Shown: positions 27,456-36,896 of the stretch, one piece after another | Layout of the letters: every line of letters starts with the position of its first letter | How positions within the stretch are numbered: the stretch's first letter is position 1 | NCBI GenBank assembly: GCA_047626155.1 | Contig: JBLHRR010000013.1 | Coordinates: 270-64,269 of the forward strand | Length of the DNA stretch: 64,000 bases | From: Saprospiraceae bacterium | GTDB taxonomy: Bacteria > Bacteroidota > Bacteroidia > Chitinophagales > Saprospiraceae | Direction of reading: 5' to 3' | Translations under genes and position numbers: made by a program | Notes under the pieces: generated by a model | The model's database searches: none | Seen by the model: the letters and a program-made list of their open reading frames with translations, nothing else | Told to the model about the DNA's origin: nothing

Positions 27456-29849
27456 ATGTCTAAAGACTTTCTTTTAGAAAAAAACACAAATAAAAAAATC
27501 GAAAATTCACTGGAACACCAAAAAGATATTTTATCAGATTACCACCTTTGCTGCCTCAGTCGTGAAGTCAGTATTATGGCAAGGCGAGAAGTTCTCACAG
27601 GAAAAGCCAAATTTGGAATTATCGGAGACGGTAAAGAATTGCCTCAATTGGCGATGTCCAAGGTTTTTCAAAAAGGGGACTGGCGCTCGGGCTATTACCG
27701 GGACCAAACGGTTATGATGGCTTTGGATGTCACAACAATTGAACAATTTTTTGCTCAACTCTACGCGGACACTTACAATGATCCATTTTCTGGCGGCCGT
27801 CAAATGAACAGTCACTACGCTACACCCACCGTAGATGAAAATGGAGAATGGACCAACCACCTCAATCAATACAATACTTCCTCAGATATTTCCAGTACTG
27901 GAGGCCAAATGGCACGTGGACTTGGACTGGCATTCGCTTCCAAAAAATATCGGGAATTGTCAAAGCAACTTGGGGGAAATACTTTTTCTGAAAAAGGAAA
28001 TGAAGTTTGTTTTGTAACTATAGGAGATGCTAGTACCTCGGAAGGTGTATTTTGGGAAACCATAAACGCTGCTGGAGTACTTCAGGTGCCAATGGTTGTT
28101 TCTGTATGGGACGATGGATATGGTATTTCTGTTCCAAAAGAAATTCAAACGACTAAAGGCTCTATTTCTAAAGTACTGGAGGGCTTTCGGGCAGAAGAGG
28201 AAGGAAATGGAATAGATATATATAATGTCAAAGGTTGGGATTACCCAGCTTTATTGGCGACTTACAAAAAGGCGATTGACCGAAGTAGAAAAACACATAT
28301 TCCTGCGTTAATTCATGTAGAAGAGCTGACTCAGCAAACCGGTCACTCCACTTCAGGTTCTCACGAAAGATATAAGTCTAAAGACAGATTGACTTGGGAA
28401 AAAGAGTATGATTGTAATCTGCAATTCCGAAATTGGATCGTAGCGGAAGGAGTCGCTGATGAAGAAACATTAAAAGAAATCGAAGAGCAGGCAAAAATAG
28501 AGGCGAAAGAAGGAAAGAATAATGCTTGGGCTGCTTACCTCAAACCCGTCAACGAAGCAGTAGAGGGTTTGTCAAATGTTTATTCTCAGGTAGGGGATTT
28601 AAACCCTTCTTATCAAGCTCTCTTTACAGAATCAAGTGAGAAGCTGGCTAAAATACTAAACCCAACTATTGGAGAAATAGTAGAGTATACACGTCGATTG
28701 AAATTTGAATTAGAAGATGCAGACGTAGACTTAGGTCCAATCGACAATTGGCTGAAAGCGACTTATGAAAAAGCAGAGGTCGACTACCATAGCAATCTAT
28801 ATAATGAAACAGTAACCAGCGCCATGAAGGTACCGGAAGTACCTGCTGTTTTCTCTGAAACTTCTGTGTCTAAAAATGGCTACGAAATCCTTAACGCCTT
28901 CTTCGATAAGATTTTTGAAAAATATAACAACGTATTTGCATTTGGAGAAGACGTCGGTCACATCGGTGATGTCAATCAGGGCTTTGCAGGGATTCAGGAA
29001 AAATACGGAATTGAAAGAGTTTTTGATACTGGAATTCGTGAATGGAGTATTATGGGGCAAGCGATCGGAATGGCCTTGAGAGGTTTACGCCCAATTGCAG
29101 AGATCCAATATTTGGATTATCTGATCTATGGTTTACAACCGCTGACAGATGACTTAGCTACGTTACATTATCGAACAGATGGTATCCAATTGGCTCCAGC
29201 TATTATCCGAACCCGAGGTCACCGTCTGGAAGGGATCTGGCACTCTGGTTCTCCAATGGGAATGATTATAAACTCCCTGAGAGGAATGCACATTTGTGTT
29301 CCCCGAAATATGACACAGGCTGCGGGTATGTATAGCACTTTGCTACAAGCAAATGACCCTGCTATCGTTATTGAATGTTTGAACGGCTATCGCCTCAAAG
29401 AGAAGATGCCGGACAACCTTTCTGAATTTACAGTACCACTCGGGGAGCCTGAAGTTTTACAGAAAGGAACAGACGTAACGTTGGTCACTTATGGCTCCTG
29501 CATTCGTATTGCGCAAGCCGGGATTAAATTGTTAGAAAAGAAAGGAATCTCTGTAGAATTGATCGACGTGCAAACATTGTTGCCTTTTGATGTCAACCAT
29601 AGAATTGTTGCATCACTGAAAAAGACGACCCGCATTGTTTTTATGGACGAAGATGTTCCCGGAGGTGCTACGGCTTACATGATGCAAGAGGTCATGGAAA
29701 AGCAAAAAGGTTTCTTCTATTTGGATGCTTCGCCAACGACCATTTCGGCTAAAGCGCATCGACCACCCTATGGTTCAGACGGAGATTACTTTACCAAACC
29801 AAATGCGGAGGATGTTTGTGAAGTGATTAGTAAATTGGTGAAAGAGTAA
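27456..29849 (+). CDS. 2-oxoacid (branched-chain-type) dehydrogenase E1 component, fused alpha+beta subunits
   Basis: 797 aa. The N-terminal half has a TPP-binding E1-alpha-like region (TIGDASTSEGVFWETINAAGV). The C-terminal half is transketolase-like E1-beta (FGEDVGHIGDVNQGF...). The fused form is common in Bacteroidetes. Confidence 0.85.
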   Translation: MSKDFLLEKNTNKKIENSLEHQKDILSDYHLCCLSREVSIMARREVLTGKAKFGIIGDGKELPQLAMSKVFQKGDWRSGYYRDQTVMMALDVTTIEQFFAQLYADTYNDPFSGGRQMNSHYATPTVDENGEWTNHLNQYNTSSDISSTGGQMARGLGLAFASKKYRELSKQLGGNTFSEKGNEVCFVTIGDASTSEGVFWETINAAGVLQVPMVVSVWDDGYGISVPKEIQTTKGSISKVLEGFRAEEEGNGIDIYNVKGWDYPALLATYKKAIDRSRKTHIPALIHVEELTQQTGHSTSGSHERYKSKDRLTWEKEYDCNLQFRNWIVAEGVADEETLKEIEEQAKIEAKEGKNNAWAAYLKPVNEAVEGLSNVYSQVGDLNPSYQALFTESSEKLAKILNPTIGEIVEYTRRLKFELEDADVDLGPIDNWLKATYEKAEVDYHSNLYNETVTSAMKVPEVPAVFSETSVSKNGYEILNAFFDKIFEKYNNVFAFGEDVGHIGDVNQGFAGIQEKYGIERVFDTGIREWSIMGQAIGMALRGLRPIAEIQYLDYLIYGLQPLTDDLATLHYRTDGIQLAPAIIRTRGHRLEGIWHSGSPMGMIINSLRGMHICVPRNMTQAAGMYSTLLQANDPAIVIECLNGYRLKEKMPDNLSEFTVPLGEPEVLQKGTDVTLVTYGSCIRIAQAGIKLLEKKGISVELIDVQTLLPFDVNHRIVASLKKTTRIVFMDEDVPGGATAYMMQEVMEKQKGFFYLDASPTTISAKAHRPPYGSDGDYFTKPNAEDVCEVISKLVKE

Positions 29850-29926
29850 GCGAAAAAAGACTCAAATATAAAAGGCCACGGAAAATCAGAAAGTATAAAA
29901 GCTTTGTGCTTCTTCGTGGCCTTTGT

Positions 29927-30047
29927 ATACAACGAAAAATTAAATCCCGATTTGGAAACGATTATGTAAATCAAAATGACTAAAGGGAGAGTGATTTATA
30001 TAATCGTTTCCACTAAAGAAATCGGGAAATTATTTTTGTGTAATACT
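29927..30047 (+). repeat. family-1 long-hairpin element, canonical copy
   Basis: ACAACGAAAAATTAA-ATCCCGATTT-GGAAACGATTATGTAAATCA-AAATGACTAAAGGGAGAG-TGATTTATATAATCGTTTCC-ACTAAAGAAATCGGG-AAATTATTTTTGTGTAATACT. Confidence 0.9.
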
Positions 30048-30162
30048 TTGTAGTTTTAAAGATGTCTTTTTACCGTTAGAAGGTTCTGCGTGATTATTCG
30101 TATATCATGTGCCCTCATTTTTTCACTTTTTTTCACATTCTCATTCGTTCCTCTCTTCTCTC

Positions 30163-31392
30163 TCAAAGGCTCACACTCAACTCTGCCGTAGCTTTCAATA
30201 AACAGTCAATGCCCTTTTTTCCAACAATAAAATTACTTAAGCTAATCTTCTGAATATCAATCGCCGCTTTAATACCATCCTTCGGCGAAAAACCCCTCAA
30301 TCGTTTCACCTCTTTCAGAGTAATAATATCATCCAATTTATATTGCAAACGCTCTTCCATTTCCTTCTTAATACGGTCGGAAAATAAATTCACAATACTT
30401 TTTTTCCAAAAGGAAGTAGCCTTCATTTCAAAGGCCTGTATTTGCATTGTTATTTGATTCTCTTGCTTATTGTAAATGGGAAGACAATCCATTTCAATGT
30501 TGCCTTCTATAAAACCAGACAAGCCAATATTGAAATGCAGCGCCGTATTAGTTTTGTTTAATTGTAAACTAGAAAAGATCACGGTTTTCTCCTTGTAAGA
30601 AAATGATTGACCTTTAAGCTGGCTTGCCAGTATTTGCTCAATGTCCGAATAGTGCAGGGACACATTTACATTGATATCACTTTGCTCATTTTCTTCTTTA
30701 ATATCAAAAGATGGGGTAGGGAGGGCTTCCTTTTTTTGCTCTTGTGGGATACTACTCAGATCAATATTGAGTAAGCAATCAAGCTGGGTAGAAAGTTCGG
30801 CGTCTTTTGTTACGGTCGGGGACAACTGAATACGCTCAGGTAAAAGCTGTAAAAACAAAGAAAGTCCCGGTCTAAGCTGATGCGATTTTTGAAAGAAAGC
30901 TTCTGCCATCATTGCTACTCCTGCCTTATTCCAAAAATTGGCAATAGCCTTATCTACTTCTCCTTCGATCTTTTTTTTGTTTTTCCCAAGAAATTGATCG
31001 GCCATTTTCTCGACGGAGAAATTCAAAATACTGAACTGCACATCCGGTTTGTCCAACCAAGTATATCGCTCTACCTTTGTATCCGTTATTAATTGCCAAT
31101 AAGGTTGAAAGTCAATCTTTGTTCTGAAAGATAATTCAATCGCCCCCTGTGCCTCTACCAAGCCAAGAAGTCTTTTTCCTATGAATTGAATACCCAAAGG
31201 AATCGAAAGCAGGATGTCCTGACCAATAATGTCGACTTTCAAATCTCCCTTTTTACTAAGGAATACCTCACCCATATCGATTTGTTGAGGAGGCAAAACA
31301 GAGACGGCTTGATCCACTTGCTGATTGATCAATTTTACGAATTTGTCTTTGTCTATATTAATACCAGCCTTAAGCGCCGCAGATTCTTTCAT
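30163..31392 (-). CDS. hypothetical protein (possibly DUF4403-like)
   Basis: 409-aa ORF with coding-like composition. The family guess is from weak recollection only. Confidence 0.45.
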   Translation of the reverse strand: MKESAALKAGINIDKDKFVKLINQQVDQAVSVLPPQQIDMGEVFLSKKGDLKVDIIGQDILLSIPLGIQFIGKRLLGLVEAQGAIELSFRTKIDFQPYWQLITDTKVERYTWLDKPDVQFSILNFSVEKMADQFLGKNKKKIEGEVDKAIANFWNKAGVAMMAEAFFQKSHQLRPGLSLFLQLLPERIQLSPTVTKDAELSTQLDCLLNIDLSSIPQEQKKEALPTPSFDIKEENEQSDINVNVSLHYSDIEQILASQLKGQSFSYKEKTVIFSSLQLNKTNTALHFNIGLSGFIEGNIEMDCLPIYNKQENQITMQIQAFEMKATSFWKKSIVNLFSDRIKKEMEERLQYKLDDIITLKEVKRLRGFSPKDGIKAAIDIQKISLSNFIVGKKGIDCLLKATAELSVSL

Positions 31393-31512
31393 TTTTTTGT
31401 ATAGGTTTGAAACAAATATCTCTTAATAAAGTAGCATAAACAACTAGTACTTAAATCTTGTTTATTAGAAGCATAAAATTATCTTTGCTCCTTATTCAGC
31501 AAACAAAAACAC

Positions 31513-32247
31513 GTGTCCAAGAATTTAGTCATAATTCCTACTTACAACGAGAAAGAGAATATCACCAAAATGATAAAGGTGGTTTCTGAACTCGATATGG
31601 ACTTCCACATACTAATTGTGGATGATGGTTCTCCTGATGGAACTGGCCAAATCGTTAAAGATCTTCAGGCTACTTACCCTGGGATATTGCATATAGAGGA
31701 GCGGAAGGGTAAGCTGGGTTTGGGTACCGCCTACATCCACGGATTTAAATGGGGGCTGAAAAGAGGCTACGACTACCTGATTGAAATGGATGCTGATTTT
31801 TCTCATAACCCAAAAGATTTGCTTCGTTTACAGCGGGCTTGTGCAGAAGAAGGTGCAGATGTGGCTGTTGGGTCCCGATATACAAAAGGGGGGAAAGTAG
31901 AAAACTGGCCTTTTGATAGAATCTTTTTATCCTACGGTGCGTCTATATATGTACGTGCCATTACTTGGATGCCTGTGAAAGATCCAACGGCAGGTTTTGT
32001 TTGTTATAAACGGAAAGTGCTGGAAACTTTGGATCTGGATAAGATCAGGTTCGTTGGTTATGCTTTTCAAATTGAAATGAAATTTGCTTCTCGTTCTTTA
32101 GGATTTAAGATAAAAGAAGTGCCCATTACCTTTATTGACAGGGTAGAAGGTGTTTCTAAAATGAATACAAGTATAGTGAATGAGGCTATTTTTGGCGTTT
32201 TGCAAATGAAGTGGGAAAGTTTCTCTACTTCTTATGCAAAGGATTAA
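31513..32247 (+). CDS. polyprenol-phosphate mannosyltransferase-like GT2 (Dpm1/PpmS-like)
   Basis: 244 aa (GTG start). Motifs include LVIIPTYNEKENI, ILIVDDGSPDGTG and EMDADFSHNPKDL. Confidence 0.8.
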   Translation: MSKNLVIIPTYNEKENITKMIKVVSELDMDFHILIVDDGSPDGTGQIVKDLQATYPGILHIEERKGKLGLGTAYIHGFKWGLKRGYDYLIEMDADFSHNPKDLLRLQRACAEEGADVAVGSRYTKGGKVENWPFDRIFLSYGASIYVRAITWMPVKDPTAGFVCYKRKVLETLDLDKIRFVGYAFQIEMKFASRSLGFKIKEVPITFIDRVEGVSKMNTSIVNEAIFGVLQMKWESFSTSYAKD

Positions 32248-32447
32248 TGTGGAAGAGTTAAGTGGCTTTGTGTTAAAATTGTTAATTCTAACACTGGCTA
32301 TGCCAAAAAAATCTAAATTTGCCCATCAGGTGGGAAAATACCTCCTAATTCGATAAAAAAAGAGTAGCGAAAGTGCTCTAAAACTGCAATTAAATACTAA
32401 GAATTTCCATGTATTGACAAATGTGGAAAACTTTTTTTGCCTCTGGG

Positions 32448-32473
32448 GTGGGGAAATGTGGAGTTTTGTGGGA
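32448..32473 (+). promoter_or_regulatory. putative MraZ operator: three GTGG(G/A)(G/A) boxes at exact 10-nt spacing
   Basis: GTGGGG is at 32448, GTGGAG at 32458 and GTGGGA at 32468, 45-70 nt upstream of the mraZ ATG. Extra boxes lie at 32330 (GTGGGA) and 32423 (GTGGAA). The layout matches the published MraZ repeat-box architecture. Confidence 0.6.
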
Positions 32474-32481
32474 AAATTATG

Positions 32482-32489
32482 TAGTTTTG
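32482..32489 (+). promoter_or_regulatory. Bacteroidetes-type -7 promoter box (TAGTTTTG) for the dcw operon
   Basis: Exact match to TAnnTTTG, 29 nt upstream of the mraZ ATG and immediately downstream of the GTGGG boxes. I found no convincing -33 TTG. Confidence 0.35.
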
Positions 32490-32517
32490 ATCATTATTAC
32501 GAAAGCAAACATACATA

Positions 32518-33003
32518 ATGTTCGAGAATATAGGCGAATTTGAATGTAAATTAGATGCGAAGGGCCGTTTCCGGATCCCTACAAATCTGCTTTCGAAGTA
32601 TGACAAGGGGATGGAGTTCGTAGTCAACAGAGGTTTTGAGAAGTGTTTGAATCTATATCCAAGACCTGTTTGGGGTAAAATGGTTGCTAAAGTGAACAGC
32701 CTTAACCCTTACAAAAAGAAGAACCGTCAGTTTATCCGCTTTATTCACAGAGGGGCTTCAGAAGCAAAACCGGATTCATCTGATCGAATTTTGTTGACTA
32801 AGACGCAGATGGAACATGGAGGAATTGAAAAAGAGATTATCCTTTTTGCGGTGAATAACTACATCGAAATATGGGACAAGGAGTTGTACCGAGCTGAAAT
32901 GGCAGTCGATCCTGACGCAATAGACGGCATCTCCGATATCGCAGATGAAATAGCAGACAACCTGGATTACCCCGAAAATAACTTCGGTAACCCAGAAACA
33001 TAA
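32518..33003 (+). CDS. mraZ: division/cell-wall cluster transcriptional regulator MraZ
   Basis: 161 aa. FECKLDAKGRFRIPTNLL is present, with a second SpoVT/AbrB-like repeat (DSSDRILLTK). It is first in the dcw cluster. Confidence 0.9.
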   Translation: MFENIGEFECKLDAKGRFRIPTNLLSKYDKGMEFVVNRGFEKCLNLYPRPVWGKMVAKVNSLNPYKKKNRQFIRFIHRGASEAKPDSSDRILLTKTQMEHGGIEKEIILFAVNNYIEIWDKELYRAEMAVDPDAIDGISDIADEIADNLDYPENNFGNPET

Positions 33004-33023
33004 AGAACAATAAAAACAAAAAA

Positions 33024-33920
33024 ATGGAATACCATGATCCCGTGCTACTCAAAGAGAGTCTAGAGGGATTAATCACCCGAGGCGATGGCATATATATAGA
33101 TGCAACCTTTGGAGGTGGCGGACATTCCAAAAAGATAATTGAAAAACTAAGTGCCGAAGGGCATTTATACGGCTTTGATCAAGACGCAGATGTATTGCCG
33201 AATATTACTGAGGATGAGCGTTTCACCTTTTTGCATTATAACTTTAGATACCTACAACGAATACTGAGGCTGCACGGAATCGAGAAGGTCGATGGTATAC
33301 TGGCAGACTTGGGTGTTTCTTCTCACCAATTTGATGATGCAAGTCGAGGATTTTCTTACCGTTTTGAGGCAGAATTGGATATGCGGATGGATCAACAACA
33401 GGCTATTACCGCTGCCGAAATTTTAAATACTTACGAAGTCGACACACTACAAAATATTTTTAGCCAATACGGAGAAGTTCGTAATGCAAAAACATTAGCA
33501 CAAGCTATTGTCAGGGAGCGAGGGAATAGGCCCATTACCACTACCGGTGATTTTATGATGGTCATCGACGGAGTAATTCGAGGAAACAGAATCAGATATC
33601 TCTCTCAGGTTTTTCAAGCATTGCGAATCGAAGTGAACGATGAGATGGGCGCACTTAAAGATTTCTTAGCAGGGAGTCTTGAAGTACTAAAACCTGGAGG
33701 ACGATTGGTAATCATTAGCTATCATTCTTTAGAAGATCGAATGGCCAAGCAGTTTCTGAAATCAGGAAACTTTGAAGGAACGGTGGAAAAGGATTTCTTT
33801 GGAAATATCAATCGACCATTCAAATTGATAAGTAAAAAAGCAATTAGTCCAACAGAGGAAGAAATAAAAAGAAACCCTAGAGCGAGGAGCGCGAAGATGA
33901 GAATAGGGGAGAAGAAGTAA
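33024..33920 (+). CDS. rsmH: 16S rRNA (cytosine1402-N4)-methyltransferase
   Basis: 298 aa. Motifs: YHDPVLLKESLE, DATFGGGGHS, DLGVSSHQFD and SYHSLEDR. Confidence 0.95.
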   Translation: MEYHDPVLLKESLEGLITRGDGIYIDATFGGGGHSKKIIEKLSAEGHLYGFDQDADVLPNITEDERFTFLHYNFRYLQRILRLHGIEKVDGILADLGVSSHQFDDASRGFSYRFEAELDMRMDQQQAITAAEILNTYEVDTLQNIFSQYGEVRNAKTLAQAIVRERGNRPITTTGDFMMVIDGVIRGNRIRYLSQVFQALRIEVNDEMGALKDFLAGSLEVLKPGGRLVIISYHSLEDRMAKQFLKSGNFEGTVEKDFFGNINRPFKLISKKAISPTEEEIKRNPRARSAKMRIGEKK

Positions 33921-34076
33921 GTGAAATAAAAATCAAAATAAAATTTCCCCTTAATACGCAAAATTAAAACCTGACTTCTAATTCTTTTCATAACTCTAAT
34001 TCTTTTTAAAAATAGGGTGATTTAAAACTTAACAGCCATAGAGTTAGGGGCAGCGCAGACAAAATCCTAAAGAGGT

Positions 34077-34400
34077 ATGGCCAAAAAGAAAAAAAAACTG
34101 ACAGAGTATCTATCTATAGGACAAATGAGTTCTGAGTGGGTTTTGAAGAATTTACCCTTCGTTTTGTTTATGGTTTTTTTGGTCATTGCTTACATCGCAA
34201 ATGCGCATTCTTCAGAAAAAAAAGTAAGAGCCATTCAGGGACTACAGCGAGAAGTGAAAGAATTGAGGTGGGAATATATGTCGCTAAAATCCAGTCTGAT
34301 GTTCAGTACCAAACAGTCGGAGATTGTCAAAGCAGTAGAGCCGATGGGATTAAAGCCAATGAAAGGCAAACCTAATAAGATTATTGTAAAGAGGAATTAA
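34077..34400 (+). CDS. ftsL: FtsL-like cell division protein
   Basis: 107 aa with a single TM helix followed by a coiled-coil-like segment. Its position between rsmH and ftsI supports the call. Confidence 0.65.
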   Translation: MAKKKKKLTEYLSIGQMSSEWVLKNLPFVLFMVFLVIAYIANAHSSEKKVRAIQGLQREVKELRWEYMSLKSSLMFSTKQSEIVKAVEPMGLKPMKGKPNKIIVKRN

Positions 34401-34431
34401 GCTTTTAATAATTGTAGTGATTTAGCAGTTT

Positions 34432-34489
34432 GCTTTTAGCTTCACTATAACATGCGAAAGTGGGAAGCTAACTGCCAGAAGCTAAAAGC
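34432..34489. repeat. family-2 (GTGGGAAG) element in the ftsL-ftsI spacer
   Basis: GCTTTTAGCTTC (34432-34443) is the exact complement of GAAGCTAAAAGC (34478-34489). The loop carries GCGAAAGTGGGAAG (GTGGGAAG at 34460-34467). Confidence 0.65.
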
Positions 34490-36668
34490 CACAAATTCAT
34501 TTAATCACTCATTCACTTATAGACTTCCTGTGGCAGTAGACATTAGAAACGAAGTATTGAGAAGAGTTTATTTGGTGCTCTTTTTTATCGTATTGATTGC
34601 CGTTGTGGTCTTTTTGAAGGCCGTGAAGATTTCAGTGACAGAGGGAGACAAGTGGAGAGAAAAAGGAAAAGACCTTTATGTATCACTAAAACCAGTGAAT
34701 GCAGAAAGAGGAAATATATTAACAGAAGATGGCAGTTTACTGGCCACTTCGTTACCGTTCTTTGAAATACGATTCGACCCTAACTCAACCGGCATGGCCG
34801 AGAAGGATTTTTATGACAATCTCGATTCCCTTGCCTTTTGCCTCTCTACTTTTGTAGACAAAACCTGGACCGTTGGTGGATGGCGCCAACGCTTGCTGGA
34901 AGAAAAAGACAAAGGTCAACGATACATGTTGATCAGTTCTTCTTCTTCTTATACCGAAACGGAACTGATTAGAAGTTTTCCTTTATTTAATAAAGGTCAG
35001 TATGGTGGAGGACTTCAAATTATTCCTAACCCCAAGCGAGAACGCCCTTTTAAAGGTTTGGCTCATCGGACCATTGGTTATACCCGCGAAGGTTATAATC
35101 CTGTTGGTTTGGAAGGTTTCTTTAATGGCCAATTGGTTGGTAAACAAGGAGCTAAAGTCATGTTTAAAGCGCCTGGGAATATTTGGCTGCCGATGTCTGA
35201 CCTTACGGAAATAGAACCTAAAAAAGGAGATGATATAGTCACCACTTTAGATGTAAACCTGTTAGATATCACCAATGAAGCTTTACTACGTGGTCTCAAC
35301 CACCATGAAGCAGAAAGCGGAACGGCGATTATCATGGAAGTGAAAACAGGGGCGATAAAGGCGATTACCAATTTAGGTAAAATCGAAAAAGGCTATTTTG
35401 AAAAATACAATTACGCAGTCGGAGAAGCTTATGAACCTGGTTCTACTTTCAAGATTGCATCCTTGATGGCTTTGATGGAAGATGGCTATGTTAATCTTTA
35501 TGATTCTATTGACATAGAAAAGGGAAAGCATACTTTTTATGAAGAAGAAATGGTAGATGCCAGTCGCGAAAGTTTTAGCCTGGATACCACTACCGTAATG
35601 CGTGCTTTAGAAATTTCGTCAAATGTTGGTATTGCAAAACTGGTTACTAAGTATTATGGAAATGACGATAAAGGACAAGCTCGGCAGTTCATAAAAAGAT
35701 TGAAGCAGTTCAAATTACACCTGCCAGTCAATATTGAAATTCAAGGAGAAGCCAATCCTTATATCAAAGAAGCTTACAGCAAAGAGGACAAATGGTCTGG
35801 TATCACTTTACCATGGATGTCCATCGGCTACGAAGTGTTATTAACGCCCGTTCAGTTGCTGACCTTCTTTAATACCATCGCAAATGATGGAAGAATGATG
35901 AAGCCTTATTTGGTTTCAGAAGTGCAACAATTCGGAACAACCGTGAAAAAAATAAAGCCTACAGTAGTTGATAAAAGCATTGCTTCAAAGAAGACCATTG
36001 ACAAAGTAAAATTATTGTTAGAATCTGTAGTTGAAAATGGGACAGCCCATAAGTTAAAAACAAATAAATACCGCTTTGCTGGTAAAACAGGAACGGCACA
36101 AATCGACTACAGAAAATTTAAAAGAAAAGAAGGGATGAAATACCGAGCCTCTTTTGCAGGCTACTTTCCAGCAGATAATCCGGTTTATACCTGCGTAGTT
36201 GTTGTGACCAACCCAACAAAAAATGGGATTTACGGAGGAGACGTTGCCGGTCCGATTTTTAGAGAAATCGCCGACAAATGTTTTGCACAAAAAATAGAAC
36301 TGCATAGCCCTTTAAATAATAAACCTAAACCAAGAATGGCAGATAAATACCTGCCTTCTTACCAAGTGGCACAAGGAAAAGATCTGGCACAAGTGCTGGA
36401 CCGATTGCAACTGCCATACATAAATTATACACAGGAGGACCATTGGGGAGTGTTGACTGCAGAATCAGACACACTCAACATCCTGACCCGTCAAATGGCG
36501 GAGAAGACAGTACCCAATGTAGTCGGTATGGGGCTCAAGGATGCACTATATGTTTTAGAAAACCTAGGATTGCAAGTAAAAGTCAGCGGCGTTGGTCGCG
36601 TTAGAAAGCAATCCATTATTCCAGGGACTAGGGTACAGGGACAAACTGTCAAGCTGACTTTAAGATAA
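34452..36668 (+). CDS. ftsI: penicillin-binding protein 3 / FtsI transpeptidase with C-terminal PASTA domain (start uncertain)
   Basis: 738-aa ORF with a TM anchor (VYLVLFFIVLIAVVVFL), a transpeptidase STFK motif (EPGSTFKIAS), a KTGT motif and a PASTA-like C-terminus. The first 26 codons overlap a repeat element, so the in-frame GTG at 34530 is a plausible true start. Confidence 0.9.
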   Translation: MRKWEANCQKLKATNSFNHSFTYRLPVAVDIRNEVLRRVYLVLFFIVLIAVVVFLKAVKISVTEGDKWREKGKDLYVSLKPVNAERGNILTEDGSLLATSLPFFEIRFDPNSTGMAEKDFYDNLDSLAFCLSTFVDKTWTVGGWRQRLLEEKDKGQRYMLISSSSSYTETELIRSFPLFNKGQYGGGLQIIPNPKRERPFKGLAHRTIGYTREGYNPVGLEGFFNGQLVGKQGAKVMFKAPGNIWLPMSDLTEIEPKKGDDIVTTLDVNLLDITNEALLRGLNHHEAESGTAIIMEVKTGAIKAITNLGKIEKGYFEKYNYAVGEAYEPGSTFKIASLMALMEDGYVNLYDSIDIEKGKHTFYEEEMVDASRESFSLDTTTVMRALEISSNVGIAKLVTKYYGNDDKGQARQFIKRLKQFKLHLPVNIEIQGEANPYIKEAYSKEDKWSGITLPWMSIGYEVLLTPVQLLTFFNTIANDGRMMKPYLVSEVQQFGTTVKKIKPTVVDKSIASKKTIDKVKLLLESVVENGTAHKLKTNKYRFAGKTGTAQIDYRKFKRKEGMKYRASFAGYFPADNPVYTCVVVVTNPTKNGIYGGDVAGPIFREIADKCFAQKIELHSPLNNKPKPRMADKYLPSYQVAQGKDLAQVLDRLQLPYINYTQEDHWGVLTAESDTLNILTRQMAEKTVPNVVGMGLKDALYVLENLGLQVKVSGVGRVRKQSIIPGTRVQGQTVKLTLR

Positions 36669-36798
36669 CACAACTAATCAGAGATGAAGCAATTGCAAAT
36701 TGACCAATTTTTTGATTAACAATTATCCCCTCATTCTTTGAAACACTATCCACCTACGCTACGGCGATAGGGGACAATTTTACACTAAACACTATTCT

Positions 36799-36859
36799 CC
36801 TGGAGTGAGTGGTAGATAAAGGAAGCTTCGGCTGAATTTATTTTCTTTCTCACTCCAGG
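36799..36859 (+). other. stable stem-loop in the ftsI-murE spacer
   Basis: CCTGGAGTGAG (36799-36809) is the exact complement of CTCACTCCAGG (36849-36859). There is an inner AGC-TTCG-GCT tetraloop hairpin (36824-36833) and no T-run. Confidence 0.55.
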
Positions 36860-36896
36860 GCACTATGAAACACTTTTCTAAAACATTGCAGCATTC

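Noticed and set aside
34136-34375. Alternative-frame ORFs inside ftsL (34136-34375), mraY (39527-39892), ftsW (41969-42220) and ftsA (46868-47113).
   Set aside because: They are embedded in strongly supported genes in the same orientation but a different frame, have biased composition and show no independent signals.
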